Shown: one piece after another, positions 18,534 through 28,135 of the stretch
Layout of the letters: every line of letters begins with the position of its first letter
Numbering within the stretch: position 1 is the first letter of the stretch
Assembly (NCBI GenBank): GCA_018580065.1
Contig: GCA_018580065.1_4845.1
Direction: 5' to 3' (one strand)
Source: a phage
DNA length: 46,716 bases
Position numbers and translations under genes: made by a program
The notes under the pieces: generated by a model
What the model saw: only the letters and a program-made list of their open reading frames with translations
Told to the model about the DNA's origin: nothing
The model's database searches: none

Positions 18534-19433
18534 TTGCTCTGGTTTTCCTCCGAGCTTTCTAATAATTTCTGCAGCAACGCACGGATCAACATTAAAAAAT
18601 TCAGTCGCCCCATCGAAACCTGACAACCCAGCATTTAAGTCCTTTAGCTTTCTATGCGCAGCGCCTTCCGCTTTCCTTGCTTTGTAATAGCTTTCGAATG
18701 AGAACTGACACAACAAAGATATAGAAAGACCTGATTTTTTAGTTAGTTGCTGAATCCTTAGAGGAACGTTATTTGATAACCCTATCTTTATCATTCCATT
18801 TGCTTCCAACAAATAAACCATAGTCTTTTTGAATGGGTTTCTTCCTGCGCATTTTGCACACCCGTGCCCCTTGGCGTGATGGCCAGCAAACTGGCGAAAA
18901 CTGCCATGAATAGGGCATATTATTTCAACCATGCTATTCATGCCACTAAAAACTACCTCATCATATGAATATTTCCCGCCATGGGCCTCTTTGCATCTTG
19001 CTATGAAGGATTCTGTATCCATGCCGCCCTTTCCACTGCAAACCCTGCACCCAATATTCCCTCTCAAGTGATCTCTTGCTATTTGCTGGAATTCACCATG
19101 TTTTTTGCACCTTATGGTTATCATTGACAGCATTCCAGAGTATTTGGTTGGTGAATAATCATAAATATCATGGTTTTTACTGGGAATCATATCCATAAAC
19201 TCATCATGACTGTACCCGTTATGCATTCCCCTGCCGGGCCTGCACTTTCTGCATCCGTTGCAACCGTTGAGGTGATCATTTGGCGTCTGTTTAAATAACA
19301 CATCATGCTTAATACATCTGATTATTACTGGCGATTTCCTTTTGATGTATTTAGTTTCTGAATAGTCAAATTTATCGCCGTGGATTAACTTAGCGCGTGA
19401 AATGAAATCTTCTGTGGTAGGTCTTTTTGCCAT
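18531..19433 (-). CDS. T5orf172-domain (GIY-YIG-related) protein with three N-terminal Cys-rich repeats; putative homing endonuclease
   Basis: C-terminal VYLLEANGMIKIGLSNN...GATEFFNV; three ~45-aa repeats each ending GCxxC; ATG 19433 (ORF track starts TTG 19517). Confidence 0.6.
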   Translation of the reverse strand: MAKRPTTEDFISRAKLIHGDKFDYSETKYIKRKSPVIIRCIKHDVLFKQTPNDHLNGCNGCRKCRPGRGMHNGYSHDEFMDMIPSKNHDIYDYSPTKYSGMLSMITIRCKKHGEFQQIARDHLRGNIGCRVCSGKGGMDTESFIARCKEAHGGKYSYDEVVFSGMNSMVEIICPIHGSFRQFAGHHAKGHGCAKCAGRNPFKKTMVYLLEANGMIKIGLSNNVPLRIQQLTKKSGLSISLLCQFSFESYYKARKAEGAAHRKLKDLNAGLSGFDGATEFFNVDPCVAAEIIRKLGGKPEQ

Positions 19434-19528
19434 TATTAACCCCGTAGCAGGTTCGTAGATTGAGGATTGCAGCAGGGTGTCTACGTTCACCTTTTCGTCT
19501 GGCCGGACTAGCTGCAATTGAGATTATA

Positions 19529-20485
19529 TCACTTTGCCTTGTGAGCTGAAAGCCACTTATCTCTCGCTGATATCATCCTGTCAAGAGAAGATTCAAGCAT
19601 GATCACATTACCATTTTCATCTAATAGGCATGGCGTTTGACCACAATGGCACCGAAATCTATTTCCGTCCTTGCTGTAAAACTCCTCCACCTGTTCTGGC
19701 GAGTACGCCTTAGAGTGTCTGATGGCGTGAGTTTGTCTGGTTGTTGGTAATAGCGCCGACACCCAAAATAGGGCACTATTTAGCCCCAAAATAATCTTTG
19801 ATTCCTGAACTTCGTCAGACTGCGACTTGCGTAAAATGCCCGTAAGCTCGGTTTGGGCAATGTTTTTTGCTCGCGATTCACTTACACCAACGCGCTTAAT
19901 GATGTCTGATTCAATATCTCTCGGATTAGAACCAACAGCGATAGCATTCATGATCACCTGAGACAAATCATTACGTGCCGCGTCTCCAATTCCAACCCAA
20001 TCGCTGTAAGTGGAGGCATTGGCAATAGACAGGCGCTGCAAATATGGCTCAGAGTAAATAATGTCTGCAATTGAACGGCGCTCAGCATAGAGTGGAGACA
20101 TGGCTGCCAGTTGCTGTTGCGCCTCAACCGTACCAGCTGAATAGGCGTCAGAGACATAAATTGACATCCAGAACTGACCAGCATCCATTGGCTGAGTATC
20201 ATCAAGCAGTATTTCATCAATTAGCTGTTGCAGCGCCTCATTAAATTGAGCTGCCCTAGCGGCTGAAAAATCATACCTGTAACCATAGGCATCAATGGAG
20301 TTAATTGCGGCAACTGGAATTGACCTGAATAAGTCTATGACTGACGATTTAAGGCGCTTGTATCGCGCCTCAATCTGTTTGTTTGCCTTGCTTAGTCTCC
20401 TGTTAGCGCCAACAGGGTCTGTTTTGCTGGTTGGTATCTTCGGGCCAACCAGTCTGGCGCTAACCTTAAAGATTTTGATTTTCAT
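19529..20485 (-). CDS. head morphogenesis protein (SPP1 gp7 / Mu F-like, by position)
   Basis: Immediately downstream of portal gene; ATG 20485 overlaps portal stop (ORF track from 20557). Confidence 0.55.
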   Translation of the reverse strand: MKIKIFKVSARLVGPKIPTSKTDPVGANRRLSKANKQIEARYKRLKSSVIDLFRSIPVAAINSIDAYGYRYDFSAARAAQFNEALQQLIDEILLDDTQPMDAGQFWMSIYVSDAYSAGTVEAQQQLAAMSPLYAERRSIADIIYSEPYLQRLSIANASTYSDWVGIGDAARNDLSQVIMNAIAVGSNPRDIESDIIKRVGVSESRAKNIAQTELTGILRKSQSDEVQESKIILGLNSALFWVSALLPTTRQTHAIRHSKAYSPEQVEEFYSKDGNRFRCHCGQTPCLLDENGNVIMLESSLDRMISARDKWLSAHKAK

Positions 20486-21869
20486 CGTCAGGATTACCCT
20501 CTGTGACGATCTGAATTTCTTCAATCGGCTCCATGCCAACCATGCCGCGAGCCTCATCGACAGTTAACAGCGCAGACTGACCAGCATCAAAGAATGACTT
20601 GTTCGCAGTGGCCAGTTTGGCTAGCAACTCCGCTTTATCCAGTTCCGATGGTGCCAGCAGGTCATCCCACTTAACTTTGTAGCCATTTTCTGGTGCTTTA
20701 TCGACAATGCCGAACTGAATCATGCGCTCAACAAACATTGAAATGACATAATCAACCCATGTTTCGCGGCGTTGTTTGGCGGTCATCGCCTCCTGCATCT
20801 TGTCTTCATCGCTTGCAAGGCGCCCTGTCTGCTGCCCGAAAATGACGGTGAACGGAAGCGCCATAGATGCAGCGAACTGGTTGGCAGCAACTTCCCATGT
20901 TGGTTTCGGATCGGCTGGCGCCACAGCGAGAACCTTTGCGTCAGCGCCCATTGTGAACATGGCGGCGTCGATGCCTGAGTTCAGCGCCTCAATGTTCTCA
21001 TTCATGATGTCGGTGAGTTCTTCGATGTCGACACCCATCGACTGAGCGAGACTTGCTGGTGTTACATTATCCTCCGTATAGTTAACAGCCAGTTGGCGGC
21101 TTGCATTCTTCAGGAATCCTTCTGCGGAGCTACCGGAAACCTTAGCCATGTCGATAAGGCTGTTGTAGCCAGCACGCAACATCGGGACGCCACTGAACAT
21201 GCTGCCGTCAAAGCTCCCCTCCGCCAGAATAATGATGCGGTCAGGGTGAATCTGCACGGAACGCTCAGGCTTGCCGTCGCTGTCGAAGTCTTCCACGGCG
21301 CTTTCCTGATATTCGTACATCTCAGGCATTCCGTAGTCTTCGCTGGTTTCGTCGTTATTCCACGCACTGACTTTGAGCTGCTCCTCCCATACCGGAATAA
21401 AGCGGACGATGGATTTATCTTTAATGCGGCGTGTTTTTGTGATGTCTACCGGTTCACTCCATTGCTTACCATCGCGGATTTGCAGGATGACGGCGGAATA
21501 GCGGTTGATGGCGTTGCGCTTGTCGGCCTCCTTGATGAACGGATAGGCACGCTTCATCATGCCGTTGATGGACAGTTCCCACGACGTAGAGTTCTTGTCA
21601 TCCTCGCCATCTTCGACCACCTCTGGGTACTTCTGCCAGCATTTATTAATAATGCGGTTAATGCCAGCTGCGGCGGCAGGATGTCGCTCGTAGGCGTAGC
21701 GGAACATCTCAGCGGTGATTTCCTGCGGGTAGCCGCATTCCGTCCAGAGTCTGTCGTGCTTCTGGTCAAGATTCTTCCCACCAGCACAAAGCCGTTGCTG
21801 CTGAATAGCCCGGTTATTGTTCGCCACGCGGTCGCGTATGTAGGCGTTTAAAGCATCAATTTTGGACAT
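20466..21869 (-). CDS. portal protein
   Basis: 467 aa, acidic C-terminus, followed by head morphogenesis gene. Confidence 0.75.
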   Translation of the reverse strand: MSKIDALNAYIRDRVANNNRAIQQQRLCAGGKNLDQKHDRLWTECGYPQEITAEMFRYAYERHPAAAAGINRIINKCWQKYPEVVEDGEDDKNSTSWELSINGMMKRAYPFIKEADKRNAINRYSAVILQIRDGKQWSEPVDITKTRRIKDKSIVRFIPVWEEQLKVSAWNNDETSEDYGMPEMYEYQESAVEDFDSDGKPERSVQIHPDRIIILAEGSFDGSMFSGVPMLRAGYNSLIDMAKVSGSSAEGFLKNASRQLAVNYTEDNVTPASLAQSMGVDIEELTDIMNENIEALNSGIDAAMFTMGADAKVLAVAPADPKPTWEVAANQFAASMALPFTVIFGQQTGRLASDEDKMQEAMTAKQRRETWVDYVISMFVERMIQFGIVDKAPENGYKVKWDDLLAPSELDKAELLAKLATANKSFFDAGQSALLTVDEARGMVGMEPIEEIQIVTEGNPDDENQNL

Positions 21870-21878
21870 ATGTCACCA

Positions 21879-21906
21879 ATAAAAAAACCCATCACGTTGG
21901 ATGGGA
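21879..21906 (-). terminator. terminator-like hairpin directly upstream of portal start
   Basis: Minus-strand CCCATC-caacgt-GATGGG followed by T7 run. Confidence 0.5.
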
Positions 21907-21919
21907 TTATAGCATGGTA

Positions 21920-22126
21920 TCAATAGTCGAAGGCTCGCCTGTGCATCGTGGCGTTACTGTGATGGAATACAACATTTTCCATCCTATCCCCTAGCACCAA
22001 CCCTCTGCATTTTGCGTAAATCTGATACTGCTTATTATTGAATTTATCATGACTATCAAACCAGATGCCCTCAAACCTTTTTCTAAGTTCAACAGCCATC
22101 TCGTGAAGATGTTTTCTGTCCATCAC
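21920..22126 (-). CDS. hypothetical protein
   Basis: ORF track 68 aa. Confidence 0.4.
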   Translation of the reverse strand: MMDRKHLHEMAVELRKRFEGIWFDSHDKFNNKQYQIYAKCRGLVLGDRMENVVFHHSNATMHRRAFDY

Positions 22127-22311
22127 TCCACCTTTTCCAGTTTATCAATGATAACGTCGTAGCCCTTTATTTCGTACTTTGCAACCAATTCGCAACCCAA
22201 AAACCAATCGAACGCTTCATTGGCGTTAGATGTCGTGGCTGTCGCGCAAACCTTGGTAACAACTTCACCACCATCAAGCACTTCAGCATGAATAAAATAA
22301 ACGCTCATCAC
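22123..22311 (-). CDS. hypothetical protein
   Basis: ORF track 62 aa. Confidence 0.4.
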   Translation of the reverse strand: MMSVYFIHAEVLDGGEVVTKVCATATTSNANEAFDWFLGCELVAKYEIKGYDVIIDKLEKVE

Positions 22312-22487
22312 TCAATCTCCTCACCATCAACCCAGCGTTGCAGGACTTCGATTAGCTGCATGGCTTGGTGTTTGTCAATAATAATAGCGTTATGACCCTG
22401 AGTAATCATTGGATTAAACTTGAAATCAACAGCTATTGTGCACATTGGCGTTTTTGTTTCGTCTTCAATAACAATCATCACATCACC

Positions 22488-22895
22488 TCAACAAAGCTCA
22501 CCATCAGTTATCATCAATAACTTCTGCCATTTAGCTACCGGCTTGCACAACTCAGACTTCAACCTGCTTAACGAGCCTGTAATATCAGACCATTCGGCAA
22601 ACGGAACGAATCGCACAAACCGGTAGTCAGCTCCAGCCCAGTGCCAGCCAAGCGTGTAGTCGATGTATGTGCCGTCTGACTGCATGTTTATGTAATGTGC
22701 AGTCACAGACTTATCATCAATCACCACAACCTCAACCACTGCGCACGAACTTCCGTCACGCGCCCTGTTCACTGCATTCAGATGACAGGCGTGATTGTAC
22801 AGGCCAGTACCATCAATGAATGATATATCAATCTTTTTGGTGTATTTCTTATCCGCAGCGTCGCGGATTATTTTCTTTAATTTATCCCTGAACAT
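22488..22895 (-). CDS. hypothetical protein
   Basis: ORF track from TTG 22946; ATG 22895 with GGTGG RBS. Confidence 0.45.
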   Translation of the reverse strand: MFRDKLKKIIRDAADKKYTKKIDISFIDGTGLYNHACHLNAVNRARDGSSCAVVEVVVIDDKSVTAHYINMQSDGTYIDYTLGWHWAGADYRFVRFVPFAEWSDITGSLSRLKSELCKPVAKWQKLLMITDGELC

Positions 22896-23085
22896 GATTA
22901 ATCCACCATGCGGCAATGGCTGAGAAAATCCACAATCCGATAACAAGTCTGAAAACCTGCCAGTTTAGAATGTCATCAATGCTTGGTGCTTCCCATCTAA
23001 TCAACCAGATAAGCGGAAAAGCAATCGCTAGTGCAATGGTGTACTTAATACCAATAAACAGAAAATCTCTCACAAAATCTCTCAT
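22882..23085 (-). CDS. small membrane protein
   Basis: ORF track 67 aa, two hydrophobic helices. Confidence 0.45.
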   Translation of the reverse strand: MRDFVRDFLFIGIKYTIALAIAFPLIWLIRWEAPSIDDILNWQVFRLVIGLWIFSAIAAWWINHVQG

Positions 23086-23100
23086 ATCACCCTCTCAAAA

Positions 23101-23298
23101 TCAGTTAACCATATAGTAAATATCATCACGAGCAAACTCGTCAGCATCCTCCTGGCATTCAATTGCAACATCCTCATCGTAATATGATGCTAACTGCCGC
23201 GCCGTAGCTCTGCGTTTTTTCTTGCTATTGCGCATATCTCTGAACACGCACAGTTCTTTATCATAAGCCCGGACCATTCTTTTCATTATGCTTTTCAT
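23101..23298 (-). CDS. hypothetical protein
   Basis: ORF track 65 aa. Confidence 0.4.
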   Translation of the reverse strand: MKSIMKRMVRAYDKELCVFRDMRNSKKKRRATARQLASYYDEDVAIECQEDADEFARDDIYYMVN

Positions 23299-23302
23299 GT
23301 TT

Positions 23303-23509
23303 TCACCCTCTCAAAAAATCATTCTTGCAGCAGATACCTTTATATCCGCGCTTCTCTTGCAGGTTAACGAAAACATCATCAATAACACGCAGCAGAAAAT
23401 CCTCGTCAATATCATACCGACGACAAATCACATCATCAGGAACACCAGCTCGTGCCAGGGAATAAACCTGCTCTTTTTCCTCCTGTGTGAATCCTGCATA
23501 GCTGCGCAT
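23303..23509 (-). CDS. hypothetical protein, first gene of minus-strand early operon
   Basis: ATG 23509 downstream of minus-strand promoter (ORF track starts upstream at 23569). Confidence 0.45.
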   Translation of the reverse strand: MRSYAGFTQEEKEQVYSLARAGVPDDVICRRYDIDEDFLLRVIDDVFVNLQEKRGYKGICCKNDFLRG

Positions 23510-23530
23510 AGTGATATCTCCGATAAACCT

Positions 23531-23640
23531 GATGTAGATTATACTATGCGCTCGGTGTAGATTGGTCAAGTGTGGTGATGCAGATTTATCAACAACAATA
23601 ATAAATGTTGACGTAGATATGTTGGTGACGTAGAATCATC
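23531..23640. promoter_or_regulatory. divergent promoter region with five copies of the GAYGTAGAWW motif
   Basis: Minus promoter TTGACC-17-TAGTAT (plus coords 23541-23569); plus promoter TTGACG-17-TAGAAT (23608-23636); motif copies at 23531, 23554, 23577, 23610, 23627. Confidence 0.6.
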
Positions 23641-23670
23641 TTATCGAAAAGAGATTAAGGAACAAGAGAA

Positions 23671-23826
23671 ATGTTTGAGACTAAAAAAGAATGCGAAGCG
23701 TACATTGCCGAAACTTATGGTGCTGACTACGTTAAATTTGGCATCGTTACCGCCCAGAAAGTTGGCTCAACAGTCGCCAAGATGCTTGGCATCAAAGAAG
23801 GTTACTACCCATCAAATGCCTACTAA
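23671..23826 (+). CDS. hypothetical small protein (51 aa)
   Basis: ATG 23671 with AAGGAACAAGAG RBS, first ORF after promoter; different frame from ORF-track entry 23675..24028. Confidence 0.4.
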   Translation: MFETKKECEAYIAETYGADYVKFGIVTAQKVGSTVAKMLGIKEGYYPSNAY

Positions 23827-23830
23827 TTAC

Positions 23831-24028
23831 ATGCCAAGATGCCTTCGTGAAATACCGAAGTCGAAAGTGAAACCAAGTAATCAAGCGATAAGGGAGGCAA
23901 AGATTGAGGCTTTCAATATTGCCATTTCGATAATAAAAGACAGATGCAGAGATGAAAAGTCTGAGCGCGTTAAATCGAACATGTATGCAGCTGTGAGTGA
24001 TATATCCAGATTGAGAGATGAGCTTTAA
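23831..24028 (+). CDS. hypothetical protein
   Basis: In-frame ATG within ORF-track entry 23675..24028; the upstream part of that ORF is low-complexity. Confidence 0.4.
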   Translation: MPRCLREIPKSKVKPSNQAIREAKIEAFNIAISIIKDRCRDEKSERVKSNMYAAVSDISRLRDEL

Positions 24029-24055
24029 GCCCTCGATTGAGGGCTTTATTTTTAT
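24026..24055. terminator. bidirectional intrinsic terminator
   Basis: AAGCCCTC-gatt-GAGGGCTT with T-run; between convergent genes. Confidence 0.7.
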
Positions 24056-25515
24056 CGCCTGCGCCGGATTAGCATCCCGCTACCGCGCTGTACGATGTGG
24101 TCATTGAGTGCGTAGCGAACCGCATCCCAATAGTGGTTGTATGCATCAACAATATCAGTCAGCACATTCCCAGTCAGCTTATCAACCTTATAGCTGTACA
24201 TTGCAGCCTCATTCTGCATTTCCTTGCATCGCTCGTGGATGACAATGCTGTCACATCCGCGCAGCCATGTTACGCCATCTTCAACGCTACCCGGCCATTT
24301 TGTGCATGGATGAATATCAAATCCAGAGCGCTTAATATGGCTAATGGTTTCGGGTCGAGCACAGTCGGCATACCATCTTGCGCGTTTAGCCATCGGGAAT
24401 GATTGCTCCATCGCGGCTGGTGTATCGGTAATCTCAAGGCCAACCTTGCCATACTCGCGATTAATATAAATGTTGCGTCGTCCACCTGGTAATTCTTCAA
24501 TGTAAACCTCAACCATTGCGGTAGGATCGGTGGAAAACCCGAAGTCCATCCCGAAATATGGACCATGCCATTCAGGCTTAACCTCAAAGTTATCAATGCG
24601 CCATTTTCCGCCGAATACCTGCTCGTCGCTGCGTTTGTTGAATGCTCCCATCCAAATCCAGCGATAACGGTCGTAATCAGTTCGCTTCATTTGCTCCATA
24701 GCGGACGGCAGGGGAGTGTCCCAGAACCACGGGTTGTCTGAATAGTTACATTCGATAATCAGAATTTCATCGTTTTCGAATATGCCATCAACCATCTGCG
24801 AGTGATAAGGCGCAATCCAGTTTTTCCACGTCGGGTCTGTTTCCTTGTTTGGGTTGAATGAGCACCACAACTCGGAATTGGCGGCACGGATGGTAGGCAC
24901 AAGAATATCCCAGCTTGTCTGGCTGACGTTCTCTGCTTCCTCTACCCAACCAACGGTAATGCCAGCGAAGCCCTTAACGGTTGTCTGATTGCGATACAGC
25001 CCCTTGAAGCGAAACTTCGCTTTGGTCTTCTTGTGTGTTATCTCGTTGTTGATAACGCGAAACTCTGCCGATTCACCCTTCCGGGCTATCTCATCAACAA
25101 GTTCCTGATAGCTTGAATCCTCAATGGATTGCTGAATCTCACGAAAGCAAGCAAAGCGGTCAGGTCGAAACCTTGCGCGCTCGGTAAGGATAGTGATAAT
25201 TGTTCTCGTCTTCCCTGACCCACGGCCACCATAGACGAACTTGAATCGTTTGGGGTAAAGCAGTCGCTCCAGTTTTGCGGGAATCAGGTGGTCGGCATGA
25301 GTGGTTGCATTGGTCACGTCATCAACGCCAGTAGCGGTCATCCTTAACCGCTTGATGACGTTTTTCTGCATGTCGCAGATACCAAAGATGGCAGACTCTG
25401 CAACATCTGTCATTGCATCATCAATCTGCGCTTCCAGCTTTTCTATTGCCAGTGCAGAGAGGCGTTTACGAGCCATTGGTTGGCTCCTGAAGAATGTCGG
25501 CCACCTCCTCATCAC
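24052..25515 (-). CDS. terminase large subunit
   Basis: Walker A VYGGRGSGKT, ATPase then nuclease-type C-terminal half; true start may be MARKRL at 25476. Confidence 0.85.
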   Translation of the reverse strand: MMRRWPTFFRSQPMARKRLSALAIEKLEAQIDDAMTDVAESAIFGICDMQKNVIKRLRMTATGVDDVTNATTHADHLIPAKLERLLYPKRFKFVYGGRGSGKTRTIITILTERARFRPDRFACFREIQQSIEDSSYQELVDEIARKGESAEFRVINNEITHKKTKAKFRFKGLYRNQTTVKGFAGITVGWVEEAENVSQTSWDILVPTIRAANSELWCSFNPNKETDPTWKNWIAPYHSQMVDGIFENDEILIIECNYSDNPWFWDTPLPSAMEQMKRTDYDRYRWIWMGAFNKRSDEQVFGGKWRIDNFEVKPEWHGPYFGMDFGFSTDPTAMVEVYIEELPGGRRNIYINREYGKVGLEITDTPAAMEQSFPMAKRARWYADCARPETISHIKRSGFDIHPCTKWPGSVEDGVTWLRGCDSIVIHERCKEMQNEAAMYSYKVDKLTGNVLTDIVDAYNHYWDAVRYALNDHIVQRGSGMLIRRRR

Positions 25516-25601
25516 TCATTGACTCATCAAACACAACGTCTCGCTCATCTCCGCTGCGCAGAAGAATCACCTCATCACATCTTTGTTTATAATAAACTGA
25601 A

Positions 25602-26021
25602 TCATCCATTCTGCTGCTCCAGTAGTTTCTCCAGCCGCTCAAGTCTCGCGGCGAGTTCAGTAACTTCGGCAATATCCAGCCCTGTCCTGATAACCTCGGC
25701 AAATGTCTTACCAATGTCCACAGGTATAACACCAGCGGCTATACCTCGAATGACGGCGTCAATCTTCTGCACCGGAGTTCCGTCATCAGGGAAGTCCACC
25801 TCAAACACTGGGGCAACTGGTTTAGGTAGCGGACTGAATCGAACGATAAGCTCCTTCATCATTGCGGTGTCACGCTCAATCATTGCCATCTCAATGATGG
25901 TGTCATAGAGCTTTTCTTCGCTAAATCCCTTTCTCTCAAGAGCTTCAACAAGCAGCTTACGCTTATCTTTCCCGCGTTTGTTTTGTGGTTGATTTTCTTT
26001 ACTGAATAGCTTTTTAGCCAT
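25602..26021 (-). CDS. terminase small subunit (putative)
   Basis: 139 aa basic N-terminus, immediately upstream of terminase large subunit. Confidence 0.5.
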   Translation of the reverse strand: MAKKLFSKENQPQNKRGKDKRKLLVEALERKGFSEEKLYDTIIEMAMIERDTAMMKELIVRFSPLPKPVAPVFEVDFPDDGTPVQKIDAVIRGIAAGVIPVDIGKTFAEVIRTGLDIAEVTELAARLERLEKLLEQQNG

Positions 26022-26094
26022 AGATAAAACCTATCAATATTCCGCTATTTTTCCGTTATTCGATATTGTAACAGATTCTACACCATAGCGTTAA

Positions 26095-26126
26095 TGGCAA
26101 AAAAAGAACCCGCACGGGGCGGGCCA
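26095..26126 (-). terminator. intrinsic terminator ending the minus-strand early operon
   Basis: Minus-strand CCCGC-loop-GCGGG followed by TTCTTTTTTT. Confidence 0.6.
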
Positions 26127-26169
26127 AAGGTTGGGTGATGATATGAGGAAAGCAATGGTGGTTATGCGT

Positions 26170-26343
26170 TTATTGTACACCATGATTATCACGCTTGCCA
26201 GCATAGCACCACGCGTTTTCTGTTCTGGTCTGCACATGAACGATTTCAAGCGCATCAGGAAATGTTTTGGCGACCTTAGCGATAAAATCGTCCAGCTCGT
26301 GCTGTTTTGCGAGTTGCCAGACTTTCTGTTTAGTGGTTTGCAT
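26170..26343 (-). CDS. hypothetical protein
   Basis: Internal ATG of ORF-track entry 26170..26409. Confidence 0.35.
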   Translation of the reverse strand: MQTTKQKVWQLAKQHELDDFIAKVAKTFPDALEIVHVQTRTENAWCYAGKRDNHGVQ

Positions 26344-26527
26344 TAGCAAAAGCCCTCGTTGAGCACATACACTTAATGTCATGTACCCCAGTATCAGGAA
26401 CAACCTCAATGTAATTTCCGAGCTGAACCATCATGTAGTGACACGTCATGCCGCCGTCCCAGTAGCGTTTCCACATGAATTCCATTGCGGAGTTGATGTC
26501 ATTAAACATAATGCACAACTCCTGCAA
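26330..26527 (-). CDS. hypothetical protein
   Basis: ORF track 65 aa. Confidence 0.4.
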   Translation of the reverse strand: MQELCIMFNDINSAMEFMWKRYWDGGMTCHYMMVQLGNYIEVVPDTGVHDIKCMCSTRAFANANH

Positions 26528-26672
26528 TAGCTGCCATCAGTGTCAGCACATAGACAGCAAGAAAGATTTTAGCGCCAGGGGTGTATCGGCTTCGTTGGTG
26601 TCTGGTCATTTGCATGTCTCCACTAAAGCGTGCGCCACGTAGAGCGCACTGATAATTAACATTAACGGGTAG

Positions 26673-26975
26673 CTATTCACTTTTAGCCAGGCTTTCGAAT
26701 TGCTGGTTGGTAGTGTCGAACTGAACCATCTTGACAACATCGTCGAACATGACAAATTCTCCTTCATGGTCTTCAGCCATGTCAGCACAGAAGTTCGGAC
26801 TTAATGGGTCGCAACCACCAGTATTAAGCTCGTATCGCTTCAGGTTTGCGATATTTGATAAATTCAGCGCCAGTACAGCAAGGTCATAAACCTCATCAGC
26901 GGTATACCCGGCACCATGCCCATACATTTCAATACGGGATATGATTTCTTCTACACGTTGTTTTGTGATTGTCAT
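26673..26975 (-). CDS. hypothetical protein
   Basis: ORF track 100 aa. Confidence 0.45.
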   Translation of the reverse strand: MTITKQRVEEIISRIEMYGHGAGYTADEVYDLAVLALNLSNIANLKRYELNTGGCDPLSPNFCADMAEDHEGEFVMFDDVVKMVQFDTTNQQFESLAKSE

Positions 26976-27205
26976 ACCCTAACCCCCATAATTTCTTCGT
27001 AATAACCATCCTCTTCAAACTCAATCTTTGCGATTGTGAGCGCATCCTCATCAGTGATGTCAATCGCTTTGAATTTGCACTTTGCCAGCACTATGCATCC
27101 TGACAAGATTAGCCACTTATTCCACCATCGCACTCGCCTGATTGTTTTGCTGTCATACATTTTATTCTGCACTATCCAGAACTCGTATGTTTTTACTTTT
27201 GCCAT
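26972..27205 (-). CDS. hypothetical protein
   Basis: ORF track 77 aa. Confidence 0.45.
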   Translation of the reverse strand: MAKVKTYEFWIVQNKMYDSKTIRRVRWWNKWLILSGCIVLAKCKFKAIDITDEDALTIAKIEFEEDGYYEEIMGVRV

Positions 27206-27241
27206 ATCATCACCATTAAAAATAAGAATGCTGAATCGTGT

Positions 27242-27424
27242 TCAGAACACGATAATTAGCTCATCCATTACTCTTCGCTTACCTTCACCATTGAACACGC
27301 GCACAACGCGATTCACACGGATAGATTCCATTGCATTGCGTGCCTGCTTGCTCATAAAGTTCTGCGCGCCAACGCGACCGAGTTCTGGTTCCAGCTTCTC
27401 GCGACGATAGATAGTCTTTGCCAT
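27242..27424 (-). CDS. hypothetical protein
   Basis: ORF track 60 aa. Confidence 0.4.
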   Translation of the reverse strand: MAKTIYRREKLEPELGRVGAQNFMSKQARNAMESIRVNRVVRVFNGEGKRRVMDELIIVF

Positions 27425-27427
27425 TTG

Positions 27428-27586
27428 TTATTTCTCCACGTGCGCCTGATACATTGCTTGCCAGATGAAAACAACAGTGTCACTCATCTCATCATCTGTC
27501 ATGCACTCAACATCAATATTTTCCATAAGTTCATGGATGCCAGCTTCAATCATTTCTTCTGTTGGTTGGATTGGTTTGTTGCTCAT
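27428..27586 (-). CDS. hypothetical acidic small protein (52 aa)
   Basis: ATG-to-stop ORF in early operon, read by hand; below ORF-track cutoff. Confidence 0.3.
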   Translation of the reverse strand: MSNKPIQPTEEMIEAGIHELMENIDVECMTDDEMSDTVVFIWQAMYQAHVEK

Positions 27587-27765
27587 TTTGTTAAGCCTCA
27601 TAAGAGTTAATGATTGCCTTGATGCGACGACGATACCACTGCATGATGTGTTCGTTATGCCAGTTACTCATTGTTACTCCCTATACCCTGATTTAGAAAC
27701 TGCCACTGCGATAATGATGAACGCCACGATAACCAGACTGGCGATAAGCTCGAATGATGCGCCTG

Positions 27766-27912
27766 TCATTTACCTAACCCATACGCCGAGATTAAAGCCT
27801 GCATTGCTGCGTTCCAGAATGCTTCTGCAGGAATACTGTTATTTGTGCGCTCAACTGCAATGCGCGCCATAGCCTGTGCATCTTTAAATTCTTCGCGGTC
27901 TTTAATTTTCAT
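27766..27912 (-). CDS. hypothetical small protein (48 aa), first gene after early promoter
   Basis: GAGGGTGAAGG RBS before ATG 27912; followed by overlapping tiny ORFs (31 aa membrane peptide 27674..27769, 26 aa 27591..27671). Confidence 0.35.
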   Translation of the reverse strand: MKIKDREEFKDAQAMARIAVERTNNSIPAEAFWNAAMQALISAYGLGK

Positions 27913-27942
27913 ACCTTCACCCTCGTTTGTTTCGATGAGTTC

Positions 27943-27971
27943 AATCTACATCAGTTGTGATTCTACGTCAA
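27943..27971 (-). promoter_or_regulatory. sigma70-like early promoter, TTGACG-17nt-TAGATT
   Basis: Minus strand TTGACGTAGAAT...GATGTAGATT; both elements are copies of the recurring motif. Confidence 0.6.
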
Positions 27972-27984
27972 CATGCAGAGAAAG

Positions 27985-28135
27985 AAAAAGCACTACCAAA
28001 TGTTAGTTAATGCTAGCCAACATATATAGTTACATATATTACTAATAGTAACCTTTGTTTATTACCTCTATAAAGTATATTAAGATCTTCTTTATATTTA
28101 TTGTAGATATTAATACCTTACGCTACAGAAACACG
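27985..28135. other. AT-rich block with dyad symmetries (candidate DNA unwinding element)
   Basis: Visibly AT-rich, non-coding, next to iteron array; contains TTGTAGATAT motif copy. Confidence 0.4.

Noticed and set aside
23675-24028. Full-length 117-aa ORF from the ORF track
   Set aside because: Starts at TTG inside the promoter-proximal region and its first third is low-complexity and overlaps a better-supported 51-aa ORF (23671..23826); only the distal part from ATG 23831 is retained.
25466-25732. 88-aa minus ORF overlapping the TerS 3' end and TerL 5' end
   Set aside because: Overlaps the terminase small subunit gene in another frame for about 130 nt; at most a short 47-aa gene (25466..25609) could be real and this cannot be decided from sequence alone.
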